DNA of 63,554 bases, filler included, from Diploschistes diacapsis (Eukaryota), in the NCBI GenBank assembly GCA_023645945.1. It is 26 parts of 26 records of this genome, joined end to end, with 100 filler letters (N's around TTAATTAATTAA, not from the genome) between each part and the next. Parts side by side here need not be neighbours in the genome. Positions count along the whole stretch, not along the records: positions 32,984 to 51,121 come from JALAIB010000423.1; positions 51,222 to 52,253 come from JALAIB010004230.1; positions 52,354 to 53,384 come from JALAIB010004231.1; positions 53,485 to 54,515 come from JALAIB010004232.1; positions 54,616 to 55,646 come from JALAIB010004233.1; positions 55,747 to 56,777 come from JALAIB010004234.1; positions 56,878 to 57,907 come from JALAIB010004235.1; positions 58,008 to 59,037 come from JALAIB010004236.1; 18 more parts are not named here. One strand, written 5' to 3'. The notes beneath the pieces were generated by a model that was not told the origin of the DNA, did not search any database, and saw only the letters and a program-made list of their open reading frames with translations. Positions 46,351 to 59,201 of this stretch are shown one piece after another; position 1 is the stretch's first letter; each line of letters begins with the position of its first letter. Position numbers and translations under genes: made by a program.

Positions 46351-47923
46351 GATGCCCCGGCGGCGACTGCGACATGAAGCTTGGGGTTGTTGGCTTGCTT
46401 TGGGAGCAAAGAGAGAAGGAACTGGCGCGGTAGTTAAAGGTAGGGCCTATGACATGCTTTGATGAGAGCAAGATTCAGCGACATCGGTTGGGGACGTTAG
46501 GAGAGGCGATACTGAAAGGTTGCAACGTGATTGATTGTACGAGGCATGGAACGAGAACGAAGTATGAGCTATTGCTTAACAAAGGCGCGATGAAGGATAA
46601 AGCATGTTGCTAATTTGGGAAGAGAGAACTAAAGATTTACAACGTTCCCACCTCTTGCTTCTTTGCTTCTTAACCGCCCGCACTTTTCGGATATTTAAAT
46701 AGGATGGCCTATGCAACTCGTGTTCTGGATGCGTCCAATGCTGTGACGCTATTACACGCTTTCATTCCCATTACTATACCCACAAAACGGCCTACAAAGC
46801 CTGGCAATCCGAATGCGACTGCTGGGTACACCGCTTCCGGGTGTTTTATTTCGCGGGACCCTCTGCATTCCTGACCGCTCAGAGGCCCACCCCAGCTGCA
46901 CAGTTTCCTCCACCCTCTCAGAGCGTAAAACTTGTTGCAAAGGTATTTTCACGAGTACTTCCAACCCACTCCGGAAGATTCCCAGATAGTGAGTACTTTA
47001 GGCTCCATCCCATCGCAGTCACATTCCGCATGCAGAGGATGGTGGTGGGCGAACGTAAGGTTGCAGCCCCCTTTCTCCTGGATTCTTGCCGTTTGGGGTA
47101 TGGTGTTCTCCGGTTGGATGCAGGCTTTGCTCCGTTATATCGTAGAGGGAGGGCTCCGGCCCGGCTTTTCAAAAATTTCGAAACAATTCTTTCAAGCCCA
47201 ATCCGGGGGCGCAAAATAAGCTTCAGAATCTCAACAAGACTGTTATCTATGGAATCACAGCTAGAATTCTATTTGAGGTGTTGATGGAATAAGGCGCTGA
47301 TGGTGCGCTGCGCTGGGGCCACGGCATCGGGCGTCCCGTCGGGGGATCCATCTCCGGGCGGATAAAATCCATAACCGAGGTCGGGGTTCCAGCGGTTGAT
47401 GTTATCCCCGGTTGTCCTTATCTCCGGTTATCCTGCTCACCCTCCACATATAGTGTGCCTGCCAAGTAGTTTAGCTCATATCCAGTTCCCATAGTAATTT
47501 ATGGTTATCTAGATATTAATAATGTATTACATAATCTGAATCTACTTCTTTCTCCATAAGATTTAGAGCTCATTTTCAGAGTTTAATATAACCCTTTTCA
47601 GGTTATCTGATACAAGGGTATGTGATTTGTGTACGCCACCAAATGACTTGAGAATTATTTAAGGAAATGCACATACAAATCTTATGTGGGGACCCAACTT
47701 AACGTGTACGCAAAATGATTGTCAGCCCTATAGTATCTATATAGAGTCAAACGGATGTTATCGTAAGCGACCCCATTTGGCCCGCGAACAAAACGAAACA
47801 ACGGCCAAACATGATGCCGCCCGCCACCCCCTTGCGCAATCTCAATCTCAATCTCAACCTCAACCTCAACCTTTTACTCTTATCACTTACCAGATCAGCC
47901 TAAAACCCAGCCTAAAATCCCTT

Positions 47924-47939
47924 CCGCTCCAAAAATGGC
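47924..47939 (+). promoter_or_regulatory. Candidate cellulose-responsive element (CeRE) with embedded CArG box
   Basis: CCGCTCCAAAAATGGC matches CCGN2CCN7G(C/A) and contains CC(A/T)6GG. It lies ~360 bp upstream of the GH45 ATG. Confidence 0.55.
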
Positions 47940-48298
47940 GACTTCTCCACGTGCCGCCCGCATTCAGTCTGGCTGGCACAACTCTTAACGGAACTAGGTA
48001 CAGCTTAAAATGCGGAGCCGTTTTGCCGTCTTCAATCTCAAACGTTGCTGGCCACTGGTGGAAATCATTCGTGCTGCTGAAACGATGAACATGCAGAAGT
48101 CAAAATCGCCCTCCATAAGACTGAGCCTTCCCGCTCCTTATTTCATCAGGCGCTATCACCAATTCTTTTCTCTAACCTTCTAACTGGCCGGCAAGTCCAG
48201 CTACAGTCAAATTCCAGTCACTCATTTTTGATCTCACTAGACTGTTACCAATTCCTTTCTTTCTTTAACATTTCGAATCCCCATTCATCCCATCCACC

Positions 48299-49175
48299 AT
48301 GCTCTTCTCCTCCGCCTCCGCCCTCGCCCTCGCCCTCGCGGCCCTCGCGGCCCCAAGCCTCGCCCTCTCCGGCATGGCCACCACCACCGTTCGTCTCCTA
48401 TCCCCAAAATTACTCCTTCTTATCCCCCACTAACCCCTCCTCCAGCGCTACTACGATGGCCAAGAAGGCGCCTGCGGTTGCGGCTCCGACAACGCCCTCT
48501 CGACCTGGCAAACCGGGCTCGGCAACTCCATCTACACCGCTGCTGGTTCGCAAGCGCTGTACGACCCCACGGGCAGCGCCTGGTGCGGCAGTGGCTGCGG
48601 TACTTGCTACGAGCTGACGTCCACGGGCTCTGCACCCGCTGGCCAAGGCGCCGGCGGCCCCGCGGGGGACAGCATTGTCGTGATGGTCACGAATTTGTGT
48701 CCGAATGCGGGCAACGCGCAGTGGTGCCCTGCCCCTGGCGAGAAGAACGATTTCGGGTACGATTTCCATTTCGATCTCATGGCGGAGAGCAGTGCGGTGC
48801 CGGAGATTATTGGGGATAATCCGGTAGTGAACTTCACGCAGGTCGCGTGTCCGGGGGCGGCGGTTACGGCCTTCGAGACGTGTCAGTGCAATGCGGGGAC
48901 GGGGGACAGGTAGTGGGAGCGGTAGTGCATCGAGCACGGGCTCTGGACCCTCTTCTACCTCCGTACCCTCGCCCTCCCCCTTGGCTGCCGAAGCTGGCTC
49001 TTCCTCTGGCTCTTCTTCTGTCTCCGCACCCTCGCCGTCAGCTTCCTCCGGATCGTCATCTAGCGTGGCCGCCGGGTGGGCTCAGTGCGGCGGAATTGGA
49101 TACAATGGTGCCATGACCTGCGCCAGCGGCTACACGTGCCAGGAGCAGAACGCGTTTTACTCGCAGTGTTTGTGA
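48299..49175 (+). CDS. GH45 subfamily B endoglucanase (T. reesei EGV/Cel45A-like); intron 48389-48445; linker plus CBM1 out of frame after ~48905
   Basis: Signal peptide, then [33 protein letters not shown] and HFDLMA, with a stop at 48911-48913. A Ser/Gly linker and [32 protein letters not shown] follow in the +1 frame. Confidence 0.93.
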
Positions 49176-50030
49176 TCGTCATTTGAACTTATAGATGAGA
49201 AGGAGCAAGACCACGACAGTATCCTACGATTGGAGGTAGTTCTCTTTTTGGATGTATATATTTTTTATTAGGAATCCTCCACTATTGATGGAATGGTATG
49301 AGGCATTGACAATGCTCGCAACTATTGTATATGGTCCAGTCTTTGTGTTGGAGATAAGCAAGCGAGGTCTCTTCCAAGGCTATTCTACCTCTGTATCTTT
49401 CCTCAGTCATAATTTCTTGGCTTTCTCTTTGGAATAGGGCCTTTGTAGACGGTTCAAGAAGGGGGTAGAGTGTGGGGAGTGTGCTCGATAGCCGGCCAAG
49501 TCATGCTGTTCTGTGGATGCACAACCAATGGTAGAGCCTGGAGAAATATTTCCAGAATAATCTTTGCTGAGAAATGGGATAGGGATAGGGCATGATTCTT
49601 GCACGGCCACAAACTCAAAAGCTTGTGCCACATGTGGCTGTGCATCAAAGAATGATCGAGACCCGCGCGATGACGAAGTTACACATTTTGCGGCCTCGTC
49701 CTGCAAAAACAGGGAAACGGGACCGTTACCCTTCAAGAGCAACTTCTTCACTCTTCTTCAATAGGCGGCCGCGTAACAAAAGAGCAGCGTCCGGGACCTA
49801 AGAAAAATACGAGCGCTGATCGTCCTGCGCCAGCTTCGTTACGATGATAGCCTGCTAGACCAAAGGTGCGCTATATATTCAAAGCCAGAGCCTAAACTCA
49901 CGACCGACCTACGCTCCCAAGGCCCAAGTAAACCGGCTGGCTTACGAGTTCAACTCCAGCAGGCAATCCCATTCTCGACACTCGCGAACCCCTGCTCCAG
50001 CAGACACTTCCTCCCTCTCCCACGCGCACA

Positions 50031-50777
50031 ATGCGCCCATCGCCACCAAGCCACCTCCTCTTCTCCCTGCTCTCCTCTCTCGCCTTCGCCGCAGCTTCAC
50101 CTGCGCAGCGCGCCAGTAACAACCAGCATGCCCCACGACAGGCGACGGAAAACTATTCCGAGCTCCTCGCCCTCGCCTCGGAAGCCGGCATCCCGCTCCC
50201 CACCGACAACCCCGGCCTCCTCCTCTCCATCGCCCCCATAGCGGCCGAACTCGACTCCGTGCTCCCCACCGCGCCCGTCCTCTCCGTGCTCGAGACGGCC
50301 GTGCCCTCGGGCTTTCTGTCGAACATTGTGCACGACCCCGCGTACGCGGCGAGCTTCGTCTCCGAATTCGAGGCCGGCAGCTCGCCGTCGTGGTTTCTGG
50401 CCTTGCCGACGCAGGTGAGGGAGTATCTGCATACGTATGACGGGTATGCCAGCGTCGAGACCGCCGCTGGCGGTTTGCAGAGCGTGGTGAGCGTGGCGAG
50501 CAGCCAGAGCGCTGGCAGCGTGAGCGCGAGCGAGGCTAGTGCGGGGTTGACGGGGAGTGGGAGTGGAAGTGCGGCGACGACGGCGACGACGGCGGGCTCT
50601 TCGTCGGGAGCAACGACGGGGGCCTCGAGCGGGGCTTCGGCGGGCGCGACGGGAAGCTCCACGGGAGGTGCGAGTTCTTCGTCTTCTGCCGGCGCGGCGG
50701 CTGCGAGGGAAACGGGCGCGCTGGCGGCGGGGGCGGTGGCGATGGCGGGTATTCTGGGCCTGGCCGTTGCGCTATGA
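50031..50777 (+). CDS. GPI-anchored cell-surface protein, 248 aa
   Basis: Signal peptide, PSWFLALPTQVREY motif, Ser/Thr/Gly stalk and hydrophobic C-terminus RETGALAAGAVAMAGILGLAVAL. Confidence 0.88.
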   Translation: MRPSPPSHLLFSLLSSLAFAAASPAQRASNNQHAPRQATENYSELLALASEAGIPLPTDNPGLLLSIAPIAAELDSVLPTAPVLSVLETAVPSGFLSNIVHDPAYAASFVSEFEAGSSPSWFLALPTQVREYLHTYDGYASVETAAGGLQSVVSVASSQSAGSVSASEASAGLTGSGSGSAATTATTAGSSSGATTGASSGASAGATGSSTGGASSSSSAGAAAARETGALAAGAVAMAGILGLAVAL

Positions 50778-52646
50778 TGCATCTGCCGGGAGTTTGTAGG
50801 AGGACCCAAGAGTGAGTTGAGCGTGCGAGATACCCGGAGAACATTTGAACGATGGTTCTTGTATATTTGCGTCACAAAGTGGATTGATATGTATACGCGT
50901 CACGCCGGAATATATAAAAAGGGTACACGAAATGGTGTTGCTTGGTGTATATAACATATCAATCTATGCACCCAATACACAGTTACTTTCAATGCGTACC
51001 GGTTTCCCGAACAATCGTCGTCAAGGCCCGAGCCACGGGGCAACAACTCGTGACAGCCACCTGTCCGCGACAAGGAGGTCCCAAGCACTCCGCAGCAGAG
51101 GCCCCCTCCTCCTCAACCCTCNNNNNNNNNNNNNNNNNNNNNNNNNNNNNNNNNNNNNNNNNNNNTTAATTAATTAANNNNNNNNNNNNNNNNNNNNNNN
51201 NNNNNNNNNNNNNNNNNNNNNCTCTATAGCTCTTTAAAATGTTAATTCGAGATAATCTTAATTTAACGTCGCTAATCATTTCCTACTCGTTGGCGATTAG
51301 CGCGACATAACTCCTTAAGGCTTTAATCGACGAGTATCTTTTATTATTCCGTTCTCGTTTACTAATAATAAAAGTCGTGTTAAACAGATTTCTATCCTAA
51401 TGCGTAATTATTATTATTAATATATTATTCACGTTCATTTTGGTTGATTTAGGTTTAGGGTGAAATTCGAGTTCAGGTTCAGTGTTTCTTTTTAGAATTT
51501 CTATTCGTAAGAACTTTCTGACTGAAGTATCGGCCCCTAGGGTGCTGTGATCTGTAACCGATTTAAATGGTTTAACATCTTTTGTCTGATTTTTTGGAGT
51601 ATAGGTCCTTAGGGTGCTATGATCTACCGCTAATTCAGATGATTCAGTATATTCGTTCTAAATTCCCTGTTTCTATATTATTGATATCCTGTTATCGTCC
51701 GTGATTGACGTGTTATTGTCGTTTATTATTAACGAGATATTGACTTCCCCGATACTGTATATTAGGTTAACGGCTGGTCGTTTTATTGGCTTTCGGATAA
51801 ATATCATGTTATCGCCTTTCTTATAGCTTTCGAAAAGCTTTAATTTTTAAAAAATAAGTGTTTTATTTTTTTTAAATTTAATCGAACTCGTTCTAATAAT
51901 TTTTTAAAGATCTAGTGTAAACATAAAAATAGGCTGTGGACTTGGTGGGGAGCGAGTCCCTCAGAGCAGCTCCACATAAGGAGGTCTGCTAGGTAACTCT
52001 AGACAATCAATGCATCCTATATCTCACAAATGTCCTACCTAGGTATGCTATTGATGTTATGATCTCTATCTATACAAGGTATACACGAGTAGGATCAAGG
52101 TGGGTTTGGTCTCTGTTAGAAGAGGAATGTGGTAGGAGAAGAAGATAAAGCAATCATAAGTCTTGGACTGTCTTTAGAAAGAAGGCTCTTTAATGATAGA
52201 AGTAACGAATATAAATTGATCCCGAATAATGATTAAGGATGTTTATAAAAATANNNNNNNNNNNNNNNNNNNNNNNNNNNNNNNNNNNNNNNNNNNNTTA
52301 ATTAATTAANNNNNNNNNNNNNNNNNNNNNNNNNNNNNNNNNNNNNNNNNNNNTTTAATTTTTTATTTATAATAAAATACTTAAAGGTTTTATGATCGAT
52401 TAATATTAAAATAAATTAATTAATTAGAAAGGTTGGTAATTCGGGTTTTTATTTTTCAAAACATTATACGATAACGAGTATTTTTTAATCGTATATTACA
52501 TAATTGCATTAAACGAGATCTATACTTTTAAATAAATAAACGACGGCTTATAACATGCCGTTATCGGTTTCTTAGAATAAAATATCTTTAATAATAACGT
52601 CGTTAGCGTCCTATTTAATCAAAAATGGTTTATTAAGATTAAAATA

Positions 52647-53384
52647 TGTCATTAGAACGCCCCTACAGGAATACTACATAACCAGGGCCTGAGCCTAATC
52701 TCGAAGGATCACGTGTAGCTGCAATATGTAGGCTGAATGGTTCAGATTCGAAAAGGTAAAGAAGGAACTATCTAGGTGGGAGTAGGGCACAAATAAATAG
52801 TCTGGGTGCCAGCCCTACTGCCCTACGGGGTTCAACCCTTGAACCCACAAACGTTCAGGATGTTCCAGTCATTATGGATTCGGAAGACACGACCTTTTTT
52901 AAAATATCGAATGTTTTCGTTTCTTTTTCTCTTTAGACCCCCGCTGTATCCATCTTAATCAAATTATAAAGGGGTTTAACGACCTTACTAAAATTAAAAA
53001 TAAACCCTCGATAGAAGTTAACGAATCTTAAATAGCTCCGTATAATTTTCGTCTTTTTTCCGAATTTGGGCCGGGGTTAATTCTTGATAACTTTAATTTT
53101 TTTAAAATTCATCTTTACGTTCTTAAAGATAAAAAATAAGTCGAAGTATTTAACTTCGATAATATTAAACTCGGTTTTAAAAATATGTACGTTTAAATTT
53201 ATTTCTTAAAGACGTTATAATACCCGTTAAACTTGTTCCCGATAAGTTTTTTTATTATTTATAAATATTAATAAATCATTTATATAATAAGACATAAAAT
53301 CGATTATATAGTTAAAATTATTATTTATAAACTGCTAATACGAGTTAAAACTTACGATTAATTCGAAAGGCATTATTTTAAATT
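52647..53384 (-). mobile_element. LTR retrotransposon 3' end: 243-bp LTR (52647-52889) with PPT and RIP-damaged internal sequence
   Basis: TGTC...GACA termini. A minus-strand purine run (AAAAAAAGG) lies a few bases before the LTR. Confidence 0.6.
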
Positions 53385-53965
53385 NNNNNNNNNNNNNNNN
53401 NNNNNNNNNNNNNNNNNNNNNNNNNNNNTTAATTAATTAANNNNNNNNNNNNNNNNNNNNNNNNNNNNNNNNNNNNNNNNNNNNAATTAACGTCGATACG
53501 ACGTTTTCCGTCGTTTTTTAAATTATTATTAACGAATCGGAAAAGATTTTTAATTAATTATTCGTTTATCTCGATCGATTCGTTTTTATCGATAATATTC
53601 CGTAATATCGTTTAATATTTTTCGACTAAATTAAAAGCATAATCGCCGCCTTTATTCGCCGTTAAATAGCTATCGGACGACGCGTAATAATAAACGCGGA
53701 ACAATAAGCCGCGGAAACGAAGATAAAGGTCGAAAGATTTTTTAAATAAATCAAAACCGCCGTAACGTAAGATATACCGACGGCGATACGTTATATAATC
53801 GAAATCGAGTTATTTAAAATAAAAATACGCGTAAAGGAGATCGAGTTAGAGATAACGAAAATAAAGGCGGCGGCGCGAGCGATAATAAAGACGATTGAAG
53901 AAAAAAAAGGTAACGTGACGATTAAATAGGAATTAACGGCGGGGATATAAGCGACGACGGTAAAT

Positions 53966-54515
53966 TGTTATGATCTCTATCTATACAAGGTATACACGAG
54001 TAGGATCAAGGTAGGTTTGGTTTCTGTTAGAAAAGGAGTGTAGTAGGAGAAGAAGATAGAACAGTCATAGGTCTTGGACTATTTCTGGAAAGAAGGTTCT
54101 AAGGTGATAAAAATAACGAATATAAATTAATCCCGAATAATAACTTAAGATGTTTATAAAAATAAATATATTTTTTTTTACGAAAGTAGAATCGTGTTTA
54201 TATATAATCAGCTCGCTCGCCGTTTATCGTAAGTTTAATAAGCGATACCCCCGAAGCTCGTCGTTTATAAAAATAAACGCGATCGTCGAGCGGTGGCGAA
54301 AGCCTGCTCGCCGTTTACGAAAATAAACGCGAGTAATAAACGTATTACGTAATTTTTGATCCCGTAACTGATTTATATATAAAGCTAGGACGTATTAAGT
54401 CTAGTACTTGGATCGTAATATTATCCTTTTTTTTTAATATTATCGACCCGATAATTCGCCGAAGGGTATAATATAAATATTAAATAAAAAAAAATCCTAA
54501 ATCGTGAAATAACGA
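53966..54515 (-). mobile_element. LTR family 2 complete 3' LTR (53966-54420, ~455 bp) with PPT; parallel copy from 56108
   Basis: TGTTATGATC...GATCGTAATA is followed by TTATCCTTTTTTTTT (a PPT on the minus strand). A less mutated opposite terminus, TGTTACGATCCAAGTACCAG, starts at 63181. Confidence 0.85.
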
Positions 54516-55279
54516 NNNNNNNNNNNNNNNNNNNNNNNNNNNNNNNNNNNNNNNNNNNNTTAATTAATTAANNNNNNNNNNNNNNNNNNNNNNNNNNNNN
54601 NNNNNNNNNNNNNNNAGCTTAAACTTAATTAATAAACTAATTTACTCTCGATATCTAATACCTCCAGATATAACAAATCTAAGAAATCTTAACCAAAATA
54701 TCTTTCTTAGACACTAAATAATAACTAATAAGTAAAAACTGGCTTCAGACTAACAATAAAAACACCAAAAACGAGATCGACACATACAACTAAAAATCGA
54801 TCTCAAACTAATTAAGAAAACCAAAAAAGAACAAAACAACTCACAAAACAGACTCTATAAGCTACAAACTAAAAAGAATGAGGAACTTCACAAAAACCAA
54901 GCTTTAATATGAACTCTAGTCCGAGCAGAGGACTGGTACAGACAAGGACCTTGCTGCTGGAGCTAATAGACGCTCTAGGAATTGGTCTACCAAATCGTTG
55001 CTACCATTTGGTATAATAGTATCAAATCATTATATAAATAGAAAATACATTCTAAATAACTAGGTGGGCATCGAGCCCTTTATAACTACTACAATAACTA
55101 CTAAGTAAATGGATGCCCAATGGCATCATCCCCCATGGCGTCACGATCGACGCCGGCGAGGGCAGGAGCAAGCGACACCCCTAGTAGCTCAATAGCTACA
55201 ACACGTTACGTTGCCAAACAAAAAATATAATTAATATATTATTAATCGACCGAGACGCGTTTTTAATTTTATTTATCGT

Positions 55280-55451
55280 TGTAACAGCGGGGGTAGTGCC
55301 TAATAGGTAGCAACTATCCCACTGAGCCAAAAGACTGAACAAAATGCTTTCAGGAACCCCCAAGCACTGTTTCCCTATTACACTATATGTAGGTGCGTGG
55401 CTGTGGCAGCAGGGGGACCTGAACCCCGGTACGCACACTTCGGGCGTTACA
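55280..55451 (+). mobile_element. Family 1 solo LTR with TSD ATCGT
   Basis: TGTAAC...GTTACA flanked by ATCGT on both sides. Confidence 0.92.
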
Positions 55452-58400
55452 ATCGTTAATAAAAACTGAATTTTTAATTTCGTATAACGTAATAATTTAA
55501 TAAAAACGCGTTATTCTCGAAAATACGATTATTAACGTACTTTAATACGAAGACTTTAAATTTATATGTACTTAATTTAAGCTCGTACGATAAATAATTA
55601 AAAAACAAGATATCGCAAAAAAAGATACCTATGATTTTAATAAAACNNNNNNNNNNNNNNNNNNNNNNNNNNNNNNNNNNNNNNNNNNNNTTAATTAATT
55701 AANNNNNNNNNNNNNNNNNNNNNNNNNNNNNNNNNNNNNNNNNNNNTTATTAATATTATTAATATTATATTATTAATATTATATTATATTTATTAATTTT
55801 TTTGCTTATGTAATATATTAGTAAAAAAATGATTGGCCTCGCCATCTTCGCCGGTTTTCGCCAGTTTCGCCAGTTTCGCCAGTTTCGCGAAACCTTTTGG
55901 CGAAAGTTGGCGAGTCGCTTGAACGCATTATCTGTCGCCCACCTCGCCGGTTTCGCCAGTTTCGCCAACTTCGCGGATTTTCGCGGTGTTTCGCCGACAA
56001 AAACTTTTCGTGATGGGGTGGCCGGAATCCCCGTCAAACACGTTACTTAGTTTAAAAGTATATTAAGATTTTCGAACCAATTCGTACGATACGTCTTACC
56101 GACGAAGTGTTATGATCTCTATCTATACAAGGTATACACGAGTAGGATCAAGGTGGGTTTGGTTTTTGTTAGAAGAGGAATGTGGCAGGAGAAGAAGATA
56201 GAATAGTTATAGGTCTTAGATTGTTTCTAAAAAAAAGGTTTTTTAAATAATAGAAATAACGAATATAGATTAATCTCGAGTAATCGTTAAAGATATTTAT
56301 AAAAATAAATACGTTCTTTTTCACGAAAGTAAAGTCGTGTTTATATATAATTAACTCGCTCGCCGTTTATTATAAGTTTAACGAACGGTATTTTTAAGGT
56401 TCGTCGTTTATAAGAATAAACGCGATCGTCGAGCGATGGCGAAAGCCCGTTCGCCGTTTACGAAAATAAACGCGAGTAATAAACGTATCATGTAATTTTT
56501 GATCCCGTGATTGATTTATATATAAAGCTGGGACGTGTTAAGTCTAATATTTGGATCGTAATATTATCCTTTTTTTTTAATATTATCGGCCCGATGATTC
56601 GTCGAAAAATCTAATATAAGTATTAAATAAAAAAGAATCTTAAATCGTGGGATAATGATGTTTTTTTTAATTTTTCGCAACCGGTCCGTCGAACGAATCT
56701 AACTTTTTCATTCTATCGCTCGTTACAAAATTCTTACTACTTTTTCTTATATATATTATTCTTTTAAAGATAATTTANNNNNNNNNNNNNNNNNNNNNNN
56801 NNNNNNNNNNNNNNNNNNNNNTTAATTAATTAANNNNNNNNNNNNNNNNNNNNNNNNNNNNNNNNNNNNNNNNNNNNGTAAAATATCAGGCGATTATTGA
56901 ACCTAAACGTCGCTAACTGAACCTTAAGTTCGTCAGGTATAAACTCAAGGAAGGCACGATTATTTATGAAGTATGGATACATTTAATAAAACTTTTAAAG
57001 AAGCTATCGTATGAACGAGAAGAATACGTATTAAAGGTTCTTTTTTAATAATTATTTATAGCATTGTCGTCTGATTACGGAATCATTGTCGACGTTATTA
57101 ATATTTAGATCGATGGTGTTTTATCCGCCAATATCGATTTATATAAATAACTTAATAAGCTTACCGATAAATAAGATAAGCTAATAAAAGAAGTTGTAAC
57201 ATATTCTCTACGTCATAAAAGATCATAGCATCCTAAAGGTTTCCGTTTTCGTTCCTAAGGACGATCCGACGAAAAACGACGCCGCCATTCTAGCTTAAGA
57301 GAAGGATGTTTATTTTATAATGGCGATGATTATCGCGCGATACGATACAAGCTCGCTAAAGAATTTAGAAAAATGGTTATCATAGTAAAAGACAAGAAGC
57401 GAGAGAAAAGAAAAGGATCCCGAGATATTCGCGATAAGAAGGATAAGAATAAGCGCGCCTATAATATAGAAGGTTCAGACGATAAAAGTTTAAAAAGTTT
57501 AAAATCTGAACCTGAACCTAACTCTTAATCATATAATACTAACATTAATAACACAGCTAAAAACGTTATTATTAAAAGTAAAATTATTTTTATTAAATAG
57601 ATCGGTGATACCTGTTACGATCCAAGTAACTGGGCATAGTCACTTGGCAACGTCACAGTGTTGGAGGGCACTACCCGACCTGCCGTTGTATATAACTAGT
57701 CATGTAATTGACAGATGGCTACTGATAGATGTCTATTAGGGACAGATCTATCGATAACAGACTTTTATCAATAACAGCGTTATCGCGACAGCTTTACTAT
57801 CGGCGACCGGCTGTCACCTTAAGCTATATAAGAACATCGCCGTGACCTTTATAAAAACGGGCGTGTTCAGATCTTATATTATCCTAATAGATAGATTAAT
57901 ACAATATNNNNNNNNNNNNNNNNNNNNNNNNNNNNNNNNNNNNNNNNNNNNTTAATTAATTAANNNNNNNNNNNNNNNNNNNNNNNNNNNNNNNNNNNNN
58001 NNNNNNNTAATAATATAATACTTACGAGCAACTCGTAAGATCTATAATTATTAACGTTTATATCGCCGTCGTAAATAAATTAAAAATTAAGAAATGATGC
58101 GTTATTGATGGCGTAAGAAGAAATCTTAATTTCGTTAATTCTATAAATGTCCCGTTAGTTCCACGTTAATTAATCCGTTAACGGATAAGTATCGTAATAT
58201 TTCTTAAACTTATCCTTATAATTAATTTAGTTCGCCGAAGGTTCCTACGTATCTTAATTTTTTAAATATTCTTTTTATCTAATTCGATATCTGTTTTTTT
58301 TTGCGATAACGATCTTTTTAATTTCATATCCTTTCTCGTTGTTTAATTCGAAATAGAAAATTTTCTATAATAATATATCTTAATGTACTAATTCGATGTA

Positions 58401-59201
58401 TTTAAAATAAAATATTAAATAAATCTTCGCGTTTTTTCATAGTTTGAATCGATAGTTAATTCGTTTAATTTCGTCCGGTATAACGGGTTATTTATCGATA
58501 AAGAAAAGTCCGACTTTAATATAATCGAGTTTTTTAAAAGGTTTACGTATCTTAAAGTTATTTATATATAAACATCACGAAAAGTTTTTGGCGGCGAAAC
58601 ACCGCGAAAATCCGCGAGGTTGGCGAAACTGGCGAAACCGGCGAGGTGGGCGACAGATAATGCGTTCAAGCGACTGTTATGATCTCTATCTATACAAGGT
58701 ATACACGAGTAAGATCAAGGTGGGTTTGGTTTCTGTTAGAAGAGGAATGTGGTAGGAAAAGAAGATAAAGTAGTTATAGGTCTTGGACTGTTTCTGGAAA
58801 GAAGGTTCTAAAATAATAAAGGTAACGAATATAAATTAATTCCGAGTAATAATTTAAAATATTTATAAAAATAAACACGTTCTTTTTTACGAAGATAAAG
58901 TCGTGTTTATATATAATTAATTCGTTCGTCGTTTATTATAAATTTAGCGAACGATGTTTTCGAGATTCGTTATTTATAAGAATAAGCGCGATTATCGAGC
59001 GATAATAAAGTTTATTCGTTATTTATAAGAATAAACGNNNNNNNNNNNNNNNNNNNNNNNNNNNNNNNNNNNNNNNNNNNNTTAATTAATTAANNNNNNN
59101 NNNNNNNNNNNNNNNNNNNNNNNNNNNNNNNNNNNNNATACTACTAATACTAATTAACTCGACTTTTATTAATAATTTATTAACTTAGGAAAAATACATT
59201 A

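Noticed and set aside
44796..46433. Arg-rich 545-aa ORF and the antisense 314-aa and 258-aa repeat ORFs
   Set aside because: They are alternative readings of a stop-free 18-nt tandem repeat. Only the Ser-rich frame connects to the signal peptide and WSC exons.
48299..50777. GH45 and the GPI protein as members of the polysaccharide cluster
   Set aside because: They lie ~2 kb away across a repeat-containing spacer. GH45 has its own cellulose-response motif, and both belong to common stand-alone families.
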